NCBI GenBank assembly: GCA_039925965.1
Contig: JBDSXW010000051.1
Span: 64,954-128,953 of the forward strand
From: Chitinophagaceae bacterium
Lineage (GTDB): Bacteria > Bacteroidota > Bacteroidia > Chitinophagales > Chitinophagaceae
Direction of reading: 5' to 3'
DNA length: 64,000 bases
Position numbers and translations under genes: made by a program. Below the pieces are notes generated by a model. That model was not told the origin of the DNA and searched no databases. It saw nothing but the letters and a program-made list of their open reading frames with translations. This document shows positions 1-9,754 of the stretch, one piece after another (the stretch's first letter is position 1; each line of letters opens with the position of its first letter).

Positions 1-1456
1 CTATAATATTATGGTTAACTGTACTGCCATCGGTATTATTAATAACTGTGAGGGTGGTGGCACCGGTAACTGTAATATTAGAAAATGTATTGTTAGCCCA
101 GGTAGAAGTTACCAAAGTAGAACTTCCCCCAGAAGTTATTCCGGTTACTGTACCTCCCGCACCTGTCTTACTAAATGCTGTACCTGTAGCATTATTGCTG
201 ATTGTTTGCGAACCACCCACAGGAACAGTTATGCTATTAGAAATAAACGTAAAACTACCTGTAGTATTAGCTGTTAAATTAGAAAATGAGTTAGCATTAA
301 TATTAGTAATCAAATTTGCCATAGAATTCAAAATAAGTGTAACCACACCAGTTGGGGAAGCTACATTATAAGATGCATTGGTAAAGTTGTTGTTATTTAT
401 GTTTGAGGTGCTGGTGGGTGTTCCCGTTGTAGTTTCTACAGTAATTCCTTGAAGTGCACCTCCTACCAGCCCGGTAGCTAATGAAATTGTGTTGTTATTA
501 AATGTATTGGTAAAAGCGCCTGTGGGGGGAACGCTAAATGCAGGAACATATATAGCTCTCATTGTTCCGGCAGTGTTGGTTCCTGGACTTACAATACTGT
601 TATATGAAACATTAATAGTTGTTGAGTTTCTAACCAGAACGCCGAAAAGTGTTCCTGATACAGCGTTATACCCTGAAAAAGTTCCCGTTGTTCCATAATT
701 ACTTATTGTATTACCCGTAGCGCTTGAAGTACCGCCAATATCTATTCCATTATTAAAATCTGCTGCTGCAATGGGTCCTACCACTGCAATACCATTATTT
801 ACATTATTAATGATGTTGCTGTAAATTTTTAAACCGCTATTACCACCTGCAGTAGTTGTAGCAGATGCTGTACCAATGGCAGTAGATGAGTGTGATGCAT
901 TACAATAAATACCAAATGTATTTTGATAGGTTTTACTTAATGTAATGGTATTGTTTTGGATGGTATTGTTCTGTGCACCATTTGTAGTAGTTAAATAAAA
1001 TAAAGCCACACCAAACTCAGTCATATTATTAGTTCCAGCAGCAGTGGTAGTATTTGCTGCATTTTCCAGCATTGTAAAACCTTGTAATGTTACAAAGTCA
1101 CTACCAATTATTTTAAAAATAGCATCTACTAAAATACCTGAAGCCTGCGGTGTAGGTGCGGTAATGGTAACGCCCGTACCGGTAATGGTAACATCATTGG
1201 CAGCAGAAGTAGCTGCTACAAAATTTATTACATACCCACCAGCAGGCGAGGTTTCCGCACCGGCGGCACAGGTTAGAACAACCGGCCCCGAAATAGCTGT
1301 AATACCGCTAAGTGCGGTAACCGCATCGAAAAGCGACGTGTAACTGGCAGCTAATGCCGGCGTGGTGTTGGCCGGGTTAGTTACCGTTACAGTAACCTGG
1401 CTTTTAGCTGTAGCTACTAAAAAAATAGTCAGAAGCAGCAAGTAAATTTTTCTCAT
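1..1456 (-). CDS. Secreted repetitive cell-surface protein, N-terminal part (C-terminus lies beyond window start)
   Basis: Own translation of the minus strand from the ATG at 1456-1454 gives MRKIYLLLLTIFLVATAKSQVTVTVTNPANTTPALAASY... and stays open to position 1. A signal peptide is followed by N/T/G/S-rich imperfect repeats typical of beta-helix or adhesin-like Bacteroidota surface proteins. It is absent from the ORF track because no stop falls inside the window. Confidence 0.75.
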   Translation of the reverse strand, partial: MRKIYLLLLTIFLVATAKSQVTVTVTNPANTTPALAASYTSLFDAVTALSGITAISGPVVLTCAAGAETSPAGGYVINFVAATSAANDVTITGTGVTITAPTPQASGILVDAIFKIIGSDFVTLQGFTMLENAANTTTAAGTNNMTEFGVALFYLTTTNGAQNNTIQNNTITLSKTYQNTFGIYCNASHSSTAIGTASATTTAGGNSGLKIYSNIINNVNNGIAVVGPIAAADFNNGIDIGGTSSATGNTISNYGTTGTFSGYNAVSGTLFGVLVRNSTTINVSYNSIVSPGTNTAGTMRAIYVPAFSVPPTGAFTNTFNNNTISLATGLVGGALQGITVETTTGTPTSTSNINNNNFTNASYNVASPTGVVTLILNSMANLITNINANSFSNLTANTTGSFTFISNSITVPVGGSQTISNNATGTAFSKTGAGGTVTGITSGGSSTLVTSTWANNTFSNITVTGATTLTVINNTDGSTVNHNII

Positions 1457-1792
1457 TGTGAGCATTGTTTGGGTTTAAAGATTATGGTTACAGGTATTCT
1501 TGTATGAGATTGGGTAATGCAGGGAAACAGCTCATTTACATTTTTTCATCGATCAGGTCCACGAACTAGTTTCAGAATGCCTGATTGGCAGAAGACTATG
1601 AGTTTGTTTCACCAGTTGAACAAAAGGCCATTTCCTTCTGAGCGAAGTGCAATGTGTGCGAGTGTTGCAGTTTACTGTATAAGAACGGGAAATGTAGGAA
1701 AAAATACAATACAATGTTAATAAACAGTTAATCAATAGAAACAAAACTCATTGTCTTGCAAAGACGAAAACTCAAACTGCTACACCTACGCA

Positions 1793-1822
1793 CAAAAAAA
1801 ACCACCCCAACAAATGGGATGG
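1793..1822 (-). terminator. Hairpin terminator downstream of gldJ
   Basis: The stem ccacccca/tgggatgg (1802-1822, one mismatch) is preceded by an A-run at 1793-1801, which is a T-run on the minus strand. It lies 30 bp after the gldJ stop. Confidence 0.55.
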
Positions 1823-1851
1823 CTTTTTGGATAAGCGTATTTGGGATCAGA

Positions 1852-3426
1852 TTATCTGCGTTGACGTTTTGTAGGGAAGTAGTTACCATCTTTCCGGCCA
1901 TTACCTTCGGAAGCTCCAAAATAGGTCATAGCGCAGCGGAAGCCGATGGTGTTGGAAGACTGAGTCTGCTGGGCAAAGCGGCGAGTACCAGGGCTCAACC
2001 AATAGGGCATATCCAACCAGCTGCCACCCTTAATTACGCGGCTGCTATCGTTGATAAGTGTACTGATTCCATACCGGTATTCAGCACCACCGAGGCTGTC
2101 ATCATCAAGATATTTAATAGCATTGGCTTTTTGATAATTTACACGATGGGTCAGGGTGCTGTCTGGCTCGGGTTCATACTTGGGAGAGTTGATAGCAACC
2201 CCATTTATTGAATCTTTTACATACTCGCCAGCTGCATTTTTCACCAGGCGTTTGAAAATATTTCCACGGAAGTAGTTGAAATCGTCACCCACTTCGAAAG
2301 TAGTCGGCCGGTAGACATCTTCTACCCACTCGTTTACGTTACCGCTCATATTATACAATCCGAAACCATTTGGATAGTATGCATCCACCCTTGCAGTGAT
2401 GGCTGCACGGTCATTCAAACCACCAGCCACTCCCATCAGGTCACCAGCGCCACGTTTAAAGTTCGCCAGCATCGCACCCTGCCATGCACCACGACGGTTG
2501 TCACGAAGGCCATTGTAGTTATTATTGCCCCAGGCATATACTTGTTTATTGGAGATCAACTCCTCACCACGGCCCTTTTCTTTTTTACGGGGCTGAGGAT
2601 TCAGGCTTGCATAGCCCAGAGCAGCATATTCCCACTCGGCCTCAGTGGGCAGGCGGTAGTCGGGTGTAAGAATACCATCTTCGAAAGTAACATGTGTCCT
2701 CGGAGTTCCGTTAGGATTGGTAAGCTTCGATTTTTTGTTTTTTGCCGCACTACCGGGAGGAGGATTTACCAGGCCCAGCAAATAAGACTTGGTATTAAAA
2801 GCCTCTTCACCCTTGCCATTCAAGGTTTTTAGTTCTGTTTTATTGATATATCCGCCTTTTGAAAGTTCGAGTTCGTTTACGCGGTCTGTACGCCAAATGC
2901 AATAGTCGTGCGCCTGTTGCCAGGTAACGCCCACTACCGGATAGTAATTATAAGAGGGATGACGGAAATAATACTCCACGTAAGGTTCATTAAAAGCCAG
3001 TTCGCTGCGCCATACCAGGGTGTCGGGCAAAGCAGCATCCACGATTGCCTGGTTTTTTGGATCAGCTTCCGGATCGAAAACCTGGCCTATCCAGTACATG
3101 TATTCACGGTAGTGTACGTTGGCCACCTCAGTTTTGTCGATGAAAAAAGAATTGACAGTAACCCTTTTAGGAACGTTATTCCAATCATTCATCACATCCT
3201 CCTGCGTTGCTCCCATGGTAAAAGTACCGCCCTGAACAAAAACAAGACCTGGCCCTGCTTTCACGTCTTTAGGCTTTGCCACCTGGAAACCACCCTGGGT
3301 TTTATCATTGTAAGCCCAGCCGGTAGCTCCGGAGGTTTCTTTCTTCTTCTTAAAAAGACCCCCATTTTTACAGGACGTAAGCGCAACGATACTACCCGCT
3401 ATCATTATTACTGAAGCAACTTTCAT
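1852..3426 (-). CDS. gldJ: Gliding motility lipoprotein GldJ (FGE-sulfatase/SUMF1-like fold)
   Basis: 524 aa with a lipoprotein signal (LTSCKNG). The N-terminal block GWAYNDKTQGGFQV...PGLVFVQGGTFTMGATQEDVMNDWNNVPKRVTVNSFFIDKTEV...DTLVWRSEL...YPVVGVTWQQA...WRTDRVNE matches my memory of Flavobacterium GldJ. Confidence 0.8.
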   Translation of the reverse strand: MKVASVIMIAGSIVALTSCKNGGLFKKKKETSGATGWAYNDKTQGGFQVAKPKDVKAGPGLVFVQGGTFTMGATQEDVMNDWNNVPKRVTVNSFFIDKTEVANVHYREYMYWIGQVFDPEADPKNQAIVDAALPDTLVWRSELAFNEPYVEYYFRHPSYNYYPVVGVTWQQAHDYCIWRTDRVNELELSKGGYINKTELKTLNGKGEEAFNTKSYLLGLVNPPPGSAAKNKKSKLTNPNGTPRTHVTFEDGILTPDYRLPTEAEWEYAALGYASLNPQPRKKEKGRGEELISNKQVYAWGNNNYNGLRDNRRGAWQGAMLANFKRGAGDLMGVAGGLNDRAAITARVDAYYPNGFGLYNMSGNVNEWVEDVYRPTTFEVGDDFNYFRGNIFKRLVKNAAGEYVKDSINGVAINSPKYEPEPDSTLTHRVNYQKANAIKYLDDDSLGGAEYRYGISTLINDSSRVIKGGSWLDMPYWLSPGTRRFAQQTQSSNTIGFRCAMTYFGASEGNGRKDGNYFPTKRQRR

Positions 3427-3950
3427 TAGCTGTGTAAGATTTTAATTTAGAATGTAAACGCCCTCTAATACCAAATATTGTGCTAAAAGGTAGCAGCGAA
3501 TGTAAGAAAATACTTTTGTAGAAAATTTTGATTTTTGCCGGTTCTTAGCATCTCCAATTGGAGCGAACAGTATTTAACAAAGAAAAAATTAGCGGATTTA
3601 AAAATTCCACCCGTGGCCGCAAAATAAATTGTAATAAAATGGCCGTTTTATAGATAAAGCAATGATCCTGATATTGGACGACCAAAAGAACTTGTGTACA
3701 AAAACAGGTGTTTCTACTCATAAAAAATTGCTCCCAAGACCATTTTGCCAGAAGTTTAATCTAATAGGCTGATTTACATTTTCCTTTACAATTAAGAACC
3801 GCTTTCTCCGTTTCTTTACAACACCATCCTTCTCAACCCCATTTAATACGGGGTATAGCTTTTTTGTCTGCATCGGCGCCGGCCCCGCATCACTGCCAGG
3901 CGCTCCGACAATCCTCCGCTCTCCATACCTTAATTTTTCAAACATTAAAA

Positions 3951-5150
3951 ATGCAATTAACCCAAACCTCCCTGGGCAATGGTGAATCCTATGTTCCCTC
4001 CCAAACTGATGAATGGCTTTGGTGGATGGCCACCGCCGAAAAAGAACTGATACAGGATTGCGTGGTGGATCGAAACCGCTATCGCATTATCGGTGCTGCC
4101 GTTGCAGCTACCTGGTGCTTTGCTACCCTTGCCTGGACCTATTTTTTCAGTACTACAGTCAGCAACGCCTTTATGTATATTCCGCTCGGCATTTTCATGG
4201 GCATTATTGTGTTGTGTATTGACCGGGCATTGATCAAGGGCATTAATAAATTTAATAAAAACAGGCTGACGCCCTTTCTGTTCCGCGGTCTGCTGGCGCT
4301 AACGATCGGCACCTTTATGGCCCAACCGGCTGTGCTGGCGCTTTTTGATAAAGAAGTGCGGCTACAAACCTCGCTCGACAACGAAAAACGCAAGCAGCAA
4401 AAGCGGACCGAACTGGAAGCTCTTTACGCAGGCCGGAGTGAAGCACTGATGGCCAAAAAGAATGGGCTGGAAAAACAACTCATTCAGAAATACGGTGAAG
4501 TAAGTAAGGCTCGCAATGGCTTTATCGCTGAAACAGATGGTAGTGGCGGCAGTGGCAAAATTGGTATCAGCAATATTGCCGTAGCCAAAAGAGCGGAGTA
4601 CCAAAAACGAGAACAGGATTACGCCGATTTGCAGAAAACCAATCAGCCGCTCTTGGATTCTATTGCAGCGCAAACATCCCACATGGACCGGGAGATGCAG
4701 CAGCAGGAGGCATTGTTTATGCAACTGCTGAATGATGGCTTCCTCACAAGGATACAGGCGCTGGAAAATCTTGTGAAAGGCAACGACGCGCTGGCATTCC
4801 GGTATTACCTGATCGTTATTATCCTGATGCTGATTGAATTGCTACCGGTAATCGCCAAGACGATGCTGCCGGCTGGCACTTACGATGAAAAAGTGCGGCT
4901 ACGCGAAGAACTGGAAAAGGAAATGGCCGTTGGCAATATCCGCCACGAACAGCATTTAAAAGAGATGTACAACCGCCTGGCCACAGAACAGGATGAAGCT
5001 GCTATCCAGGCCTTTTTTGAATTGACCAAAGAGGACCGCCACCTGAAAATTCAGCAACTCGGTAAAAAATGGAAAGACGAAGGCAGGCAAACTTTTGACG
5101 GCTTCTGGGAAAAAGTAAAGCAGGAAGTGCTAACAAAGCAGGAGAACTAA
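3951..5150 (+). CDS. DUF4407-family membrane protein with long coiled-coil
   Basis: The ORF runs 3864-5150; the likely ATG is at 3951 (MQLTQTS...). It has the WLWWMATAEKELIQDC...NRYRIIGAAV motif, N-terminal TM helices, a Q/E/K-rich coiled-coil and a C-terminal TM, as in DUF4407. Confidence 0.65.
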   Translation: MQLTQTSLGNGESYVPSQTDEWLWWMATAEKELIQDCVVDRNRYRIIGAAVAATWCFATLAWTYFFSTTVSNAFMYIPLGIFMGIIVLCIDRALIKGINKFNKNRLTPFLFRGLLALTIGTFMAQPAVLALFDKEVRLQTSLDNEKRKQQKRTELEALYAGRSEALMAKKNGLEKQLIQKYGEVSKARNGFIAETDGSGGSGKIGISNIAVAKRAEYQKREQDYADLQKTNQPLLDSIAAQTSHMDREMQQQEALFMQLLNDGFLTRIQALENLVKGNDALAFRYYLIVIILMLIELLPVIAKTMLPAGTYDEKVRLREELEKEMAVGNIRHEQHLKEMYNRLATEQDEAAIQAFFELTKEDRHLKIQQLGKKWKDEGRQTFDGFWEKVKQEVLTKQEN

Positions 5151-5262
5151 GGTTCAAGGTTCAAGGTTCAAGTTACAGAAATCGATCTTCATTTTTGATC
5201 CCTGGGATTTGAACCTTGATCCCCGGGCCCTGGTACTTGAACCTTGAAACTTCATCACTGGA
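5149..5262. repeat. GGTTCAAGG word array with inverted copies (convergent intergenic hairpin)
   Basis: aaggttcaaggttcaaggttcaag (5149-5172) faces ttgaaccttgat (about 5209-5220) and cttgaaccttgaaac (about 5236-5250). The array fills the gap between two convergent stops. Confidence 0.8.
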
Positions 5263-5270
5263 CCTTAAAA

Positions 5271-6230
5271 TTAATAACTCACCGTCACCTGCATAGTACC
5301 GTCGCCACCACCCAATACAGCAACTGCGGCATTACTTAGGCGCAACAGGATGTCTTCATTTTGCCTGATGGCTGGCAGTTCCCCCAACACTTTGGCATAA
5401 ATTGCTTTATTGTTTCCGCTTGCTATTACTTTAATAATTATACCCGGCGTTACACCGCTCATCAGCACATAATATTTGTTGTCGTTCCAACCGCTGGTGC
5501 TTTTAAAGATGGCTGACGTGCCGCTTTCCATGCCTAGTTTACCGTTGTATTGCGAAGCAAAAGCACTTGGCAATACTTCCGGCTGTGGCCTGTTTGGATC
5601 ACGCATGCCTTCGTCAAGGATCTGCTGTTTAGCCACGGGATTCCTATCCTCGACTTCCTTAGAGCGCACTTCAGTTTTTGGAGGTGGCGTTTCTTTTACA
5701 ATGGCTTTTACAGGTTCTTTTTTTTCTTGCATACCCTTTTCTATGGGTTTTTCTTTAGGGGCTGTTTTCTCTGGAATCGCATTGATTGCCTGGCCATCAC
5801 CATCCTTTAAATAACCTACTAATAACTCCTGGCCAATTTCCACATTTTCTGAACTAAGGTTATTTAACTTTTTTAGATTGGCTACTCCCATCACATTAAA
5901 ATTCGTAGCAATACGGTACAGTCCTTCTCCAGGTGGCACCACATAATATACTTTCTGGCAAATAGTACAGGGTACTAAAAATAAATTGCCTTTCACCAGC
6001 GGAATTTTCAGTTCCTGCCCGAGCCTTAATCCGGCATTCCTATCTATTTTATTAAAAGCAGCAAGATCGTTTGCAGTAAGGCTAAAATGCCGGCCCAGGC
6101 TTGATAATGTTTCACCGCCGCCTACTTTTTTAGTCAGATAAGGTTTGCCATTTTCTGCCGCGGCCATGATTTTTTCCTGGGCATGGGTGGCAGTAGAAAG
6201 GAATAACAAAAACGCTAGAGTGGAACGCAT
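5271..6230 (-). CDS. LysM-domain peptidoglycan-binding protein (two LysM repeats)
   Basis: Signal peptide MRSTLAFLLFLSTATHAQ (the ATG at 6230 is preferred over the ORF start at 6254). Two LysM-like segments are present: YLTKKVGGGETLSSLGRHFSLTANDLAAFNKI...GQELKIP and YYVVPPGEGLYRIATNFNVMGVANLKKLNNL...IGQELLVG. Confidence 0.75.
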   Translation of the reverse strand: MRSTLAFLLFLSTATHAQEKIMAAAENGKPYLTKKVGGGETLSSLGRHFSLTANDLAAFNKIDRNAGLRLGQELKIPLVKGNLFLVPCTICQKVYYVVPPGEGLYRIATNFNVMGVANLKKLNNLSSENVEIGQELLVGYLKDGDGQAINAIPEKTAPKEKPIEKGMQEKKEPVKAIVKETPPPKTEVRSKEVEDRNPVAKQQILDEGMRDPNRPQPEVLPSAFASQYNGKLGMESGTSAIFKSTSGWNDNKYYVLMSGVTPGIIIKVIASGNNKAIYAKVLGELPAIRQNEDILLRLSNAAVAVLGGGDGTMQVTVSY

Positions 6231-6465
6231 ATTTTTTCTTTTATGAGTGGGCAAATATAAGAAGACGAGGTATCAGTTGGGTTTATAGTCAGCCGGCGAA
6301 GGTTTCTTTTAACGCATCGTTGATCAAAGCTGCTTACCTGATTGCAGCACACAACAATTGCCCACAACACGACATGTTCTAAACAAATTGGGGTTCTGGC
6401 AACTATTGAGCATTTTTTTGCCGTTGTGGTTTGGCATCCGTTATTATTCAGGTTGGCAAAGCGAT

Positions 6466-7392
6466 TTAGCCCTTTATGAATTTACGAAGCAGCCCCAACA
6501 GCAATGCAGCACCAGTACTGATCATGATTCCTCCAAAAATAAGACTGGTATTGAACTTCAGTAGTCCAACTAACAGCATTACCAAACCTCCAACCAGGTA
6601 TAACATGGAATTAAGGATTGGAATATGACCCGAGGGCCGGATTACAGCCAGCACCAGTGCGCAAAGCAAAGCAGGCACCAGCGTACCATAGATCAGGAGC
6701 CTGTGTTGATCGTATAAACCCGAATAGGCTTTTGTACCATCTGTAGTTGTAGGTGTGAAGCCATAGGATGAGATGATAATTGGCGTGTTATAGACTACAA
6801 ATATGATATAGCCTACCAGCATCAGTAACAGGGCTATAACGAGGGGCTTTTTCCATTTCCCGCGGCAGGCGGCTAACTTCCCGGCAAGCCTTGTAAAACC
6901 AATCATACTAACTACTGCAGCTATACATCCGATCGCTAAACCCACCACCATCAGCAGTACATCGGCATGGCCAAACTTGGTGAAAATAAAAACGAATCCT
7001 GGTAATTCTTCTTTTGGATCGGCTGGAAAAACGATGCCGGTATCGATAATATAGTTTAGCCTGTGAATTACCACGAGCACTGAAGCGACCCCAATGGTAA
7101 GACAGACCAGGTTAACCATACCAGGAAGCGCTTTTGGGGATGGCCTTTTAAGGGCTATGATCCATGATAAAGCCAGCGCGGCAATCAATAATCCCAATAA
7201 AAATGGGTACGCCGTGATAGCCTCCCCATCTTGATCTTTGTACATCAAAAGCGTGGCAGCGGTGGCCAATGAAAGTCCCAATGCTGCCAGTATTCCACCC
7301 GCTTTCGACGCTGCCATACCCATGACCCTTATTCCGGCTAAAAAAACAGCCAGCGACACCAGGTAAGATATTGGGAGCCATTCTATTTTCAT
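6466..7392 (-). CDS. Polytopic membrane protein resembling the membrane (dII) domain of NAD(P) transhydrogenase beta subunit, without dIII
   Basis: 308 aa and hydrophobic throughout. Segments line up with my memory of E. coli PntB: LPGMVNLVCLTIGVASVLV vs MPELVAILHSFVGLAAVLV; VVSMIGFTRLAGKL vs FTGSVVAFGKLCGKI; IPILNSMLYLVGGLVMLLVGLLKFNTSLIFGGIMISTGAALL vs [42 protein letters not shown]. The protein ends where dIII would start. Confidence 0.45.
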   Translation of the reverse strand: MKIEWLPISYLVSLAVFLAGIRVMGMAASKAGGILAALGLSLATAATLLMYKDQDGEAITAYPFLLGLLIAALALSWIIALKRPSPKALPGMVNLVCLTIGVASVLVVIHRLNYIIDTGIVFPADPKEELPGFVFIFTKFGHADVLLMVVGLAIGCIAAVVSMIGFTRLAGKLAACRGKWKKPLVIALLLMLVGYIIFVVYNTPIIISSYGFTPTTTDGTKAYSGLYDQHRLLIYGTLVPALLCALVLAVIRPSGHIPILNSMLYLVGGLVMLLVGLLKFNTSLIFGGIMISTGAALLLGLLRKFIKG

Positions 7393-7534
7393 GTTGTTAA
7401 AAAAAAACCCGGTTGCTCCTGTATAAAATATGCATTATTTCATGCCACCAGCCTAAATCCTTTGACTTTAATGCCTGTTTCTGGTTCTTTGAACATTGAT
7501 CTTTCAATCCTTAACCCTTGCACCTTTCCGCCCT

Positions 7535-9754
7535 TTATCTACTCATGCCCGATGGCCAGTCGCCTGCCTCGCTGCCAAACCTGGAGGGCTTGGATCCCAT
7601 GGTAATTTCCATGTTTCCACCTTTTAGCATATCGACATGGCGGAAAAAACTCTCTGTATACGGTATGCTGTTCCAGGTTATTTTTTGGATATACCTGTTC
7701 CGGGAGCTATTCTCTTTTACTTCGATGTGAAATACTTTTTTATTGGGCAGGTAAATGGTCGCATCGTCCATTAGCGGGCTGCCAAAAACATACTCACCAC
7801 TGGCCGGATTCATTGGGTACATGCCCAGAGCGCTCCATACATACCAGGCGCTCATCTGGCCACAATCTTCGTTGCCAGTCAAACCCGCCGGCGTAGTATT
7901 ATACATCAGCGCCATGATTTCCCGCACCCTTTCGGCTGTTTTCCATTGCTGGCCCAGCGCCGCGTACATGTAGGCAATATGGTGACTCGGTTCGTTGCCG
8001 TGTGCATACTGGCCAATCATACCACTAATGTCGTTGCTGATATTGTCGCCATGCATCGCACTGGTGGTGGAGAACAGGGAATCCAGTTTGGTGATCAGCT
8101 TGTCGTTACCACCCAGCAATTTTGCATAACCGCGCACATCGTGTGGTACAAAAAAAGTATGCTGCCAGGCCGTGCCCTCAATATACATGTTGTTATCTCC
8201 GTGATCGCTGTAATACGGATCAAACGGTTCCACCCATTGCCCGTTGCTGTTGCGGCCCCTGAAGAAGCCGGTTTTGCGGTCGAACAGGAATTGATAATTG
8301 GCTGCACGCTTCATAAACAGATCATAGTCGTCGTACTGTTTTAGCTTTCGTGCTACCTGCGCTATGCACCAGTCGTCGTAAGCGTATTCCAATGTAACAG
8401 TCACACTGTGACCATATTTATCCTGCGGCACATAACCAAATTGCCTGTAGGCATCTGTGCCACGGATATTTTGCATAGCACTGTTACGCATGGCCACGTA
8501 GGCCATCTCCCAATCAAAGCCACGAATATTTTTCATAATAGCATCCGCAATAATGGGCACGCTATGGTAGCCGGTCATGGTGTTGGTTTCGTTGAAGTCC
8601 AGATCCCATACCGGAAGGGCGCCGGACTGGTCGTAAAATGCCATAAAACTGTTGATAATATTCGGTACCAGTTCGGTTTGTGTAACGGTGAGTAGCGGAT
8701 TGGCGCCGCGGAAAGTATCCCAGAGGCTATGGACACTTAACACCAGGCCAGTCTTTGATTTTTCAACCTGTGACTTTGCATTTTTATATTCGCCGTTGGC
8801 ATCACTAAAAATCACTGGTGCCAGGTAAGTGTGGTATAAGGCGGTGTAAAATGTTTGCATTGTCTGCCGGCTGCGACTATGGATCTGCACTTTACCCAGT
8901 TCCCTTTCCCAAATTATTTCTGCCTGCGTTTTTACCAGGTCAAAGTTCCAGCCGGAAATTTCGTTCAACGCTTGCCTGGCGCCATCTACGCTTGCAAAGC
9001 TGATACCCACTTTCATGGTCACTCTTTCGTTGGCCTTTGTGGGGAAACCCAGGCATGCTATGACTTTCTTGCCCTGAGCATCGCCGCCAGGCATCATCTT
9101 GCCATCCGCAAAAAGGGTCAACTTCTGAATGGCTTTACTGAGCTTAACGGCGAAGTACACCCATTGTTCTTTCGCCCAGCCAGTACTTTTTCTCCAGCCC
9201 GTAAAAGTACTGTCGTCTATTTGTGTAAAATGACAATCGGTAGGACTGTCCCAGTTAATGGCGAACCCAAGGTCGAACCGGATCATAGCATCATTGGAAG
9301 CGGGAAAAGTGTATTTATGCATGCCACAACGCGGTGAAGCCGTGAGCTCGGCCCAAATATCAGGATCCTGTAAATGCACAGCGTAATAACCGGGTGTGGC
9401 CGTTTCCTGGGAATGGATATAGTGGCTGATGATAGGTAGCGTATCCGGGGCATGGCCAACAGAAGGCATCACCGAAATATCGCAATGATCGCCGATGCCT
9501 GTACCGGTTAAATGGGTATGGCTAAAGCCCTGTATCACAGAATCTGAGTAATGATAACCACTGCACCAGTCCCACCCCTGTGTGCCATTGTCGGGACTCA
9601 ACTGCACCATACCAAAAGGCAATGTGGCACCGGGATAAGTGTGGCCATGGCCGCCGGTTCCAATGAAGGGGTTCACAAAATTGATAAGTTTGTTTTGTGC
9701 TAATGAGGAGTCGTGAATAGCTAATAGCGATAAAATGACCAACAGTTTTTTCAT
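7535..9754 (-). CDS. GH92 family alpha-mannosidase (alpha-1,2-mannosidase-like)
   Basis: 739 aa with a signal peptide. It carries the hallmark N-terminal VNPFIGTGGHGHTYPGATLPFGMVQLSPDN and a later GNEPSHHIAYMY motif. Confidence 0.9.
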   Translation of the reverse strand: MKKLLVILSLLAIHDSSLAQNKLINFVNPFIGTGGHGHTYPGATLPFGMVQLSPDNGTQGWDWCSGYHYSDSVIQGFSHTHLTGTGIGDHCDISVMPSVGHAPDTLPIISHYIHSQETATPGYYAVHLQDPDIWAELTASPRCGMHKYTFPASNDAMIRFDLGFAINWDSPTDCHFTQIDDSTFTGWRKSTGWAKEQWVYFAVKLSKAIQKLTLFADGKMMPGGDAQGKKVIACLGFPTKANERVTMKVGISFASVDGARQALNEISGWNFDLVKTQAEIIWERELGKVQIHSRSRQTMQTFYTALYHTYLAPVIFSDANGEYKNAKSQVEKSKTGLVLSVHSLWDTFRGANPLLTVTQTELVPNIINSFMAFYDQSGALPVWDLDFNETNTMTGYHSVPIIADAIMKNIRGFDWEMAYVAMRNSAMQNIRGTDAYRQFGYVPQDKYGHSVTVTLEYAYDDWCIAQVARKLKQYDDYDLFMKRAANYQFLFDRKTGFFRGRNSNGQWVEPFDPYYSDHGDNNMYIEGTAWQHTFFVPHDVRGYAKLLGGNDKLITKLDSLFSTTSAMHGDNISNDISGMIGQYAHGNEPSHHIAYMYAALGQQWKTAERVREIMALMYNTTPAGLTGNEDCGQMSAWYVWSALGMYPMNPASGEYVFGSPLMDDATIYLPNKKVFHIEVKENSSRNRYIQKITWNSIPYTESFFRHVDMLKGGNMEITMGSKPSRFGSEAGDWPSGMSR

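Noticed and set aside
11-1343. Several plus-strand ORFs (88-107 aa) at the window start
   Set aside because: They lie antisense to a continuous minus-strand reading frame with a clear signal peptide and repeat structure. Their composition (V/P/L-rich mirror of N/T/G codons) is typical of antisense artefacts.
2908-3414. 168-aa plus-strand ORF inside gldJ. Similar long antisense ORFs occur at 23351-24031 (226 aa, in ribBA), 48996-49670 (224 aa, in the TPR gene) and 8855-9337 (in GH92).
   Set aside because: Each overlaps a gene with strong family motifs on the opposite strand and has no recognisable motif of its own. They are most likely shadow ORFs.
3427-3950. 75-aa minus-strand ORF (3718-3945) and possible sRNA in the gldJ/DUF4407 divergent region
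   Set aside because: The ORF has arbitrary composition and overlaps the probable DUF4407 leader. I could support no structure or motif, so it is treated as a long divergent promoter region.
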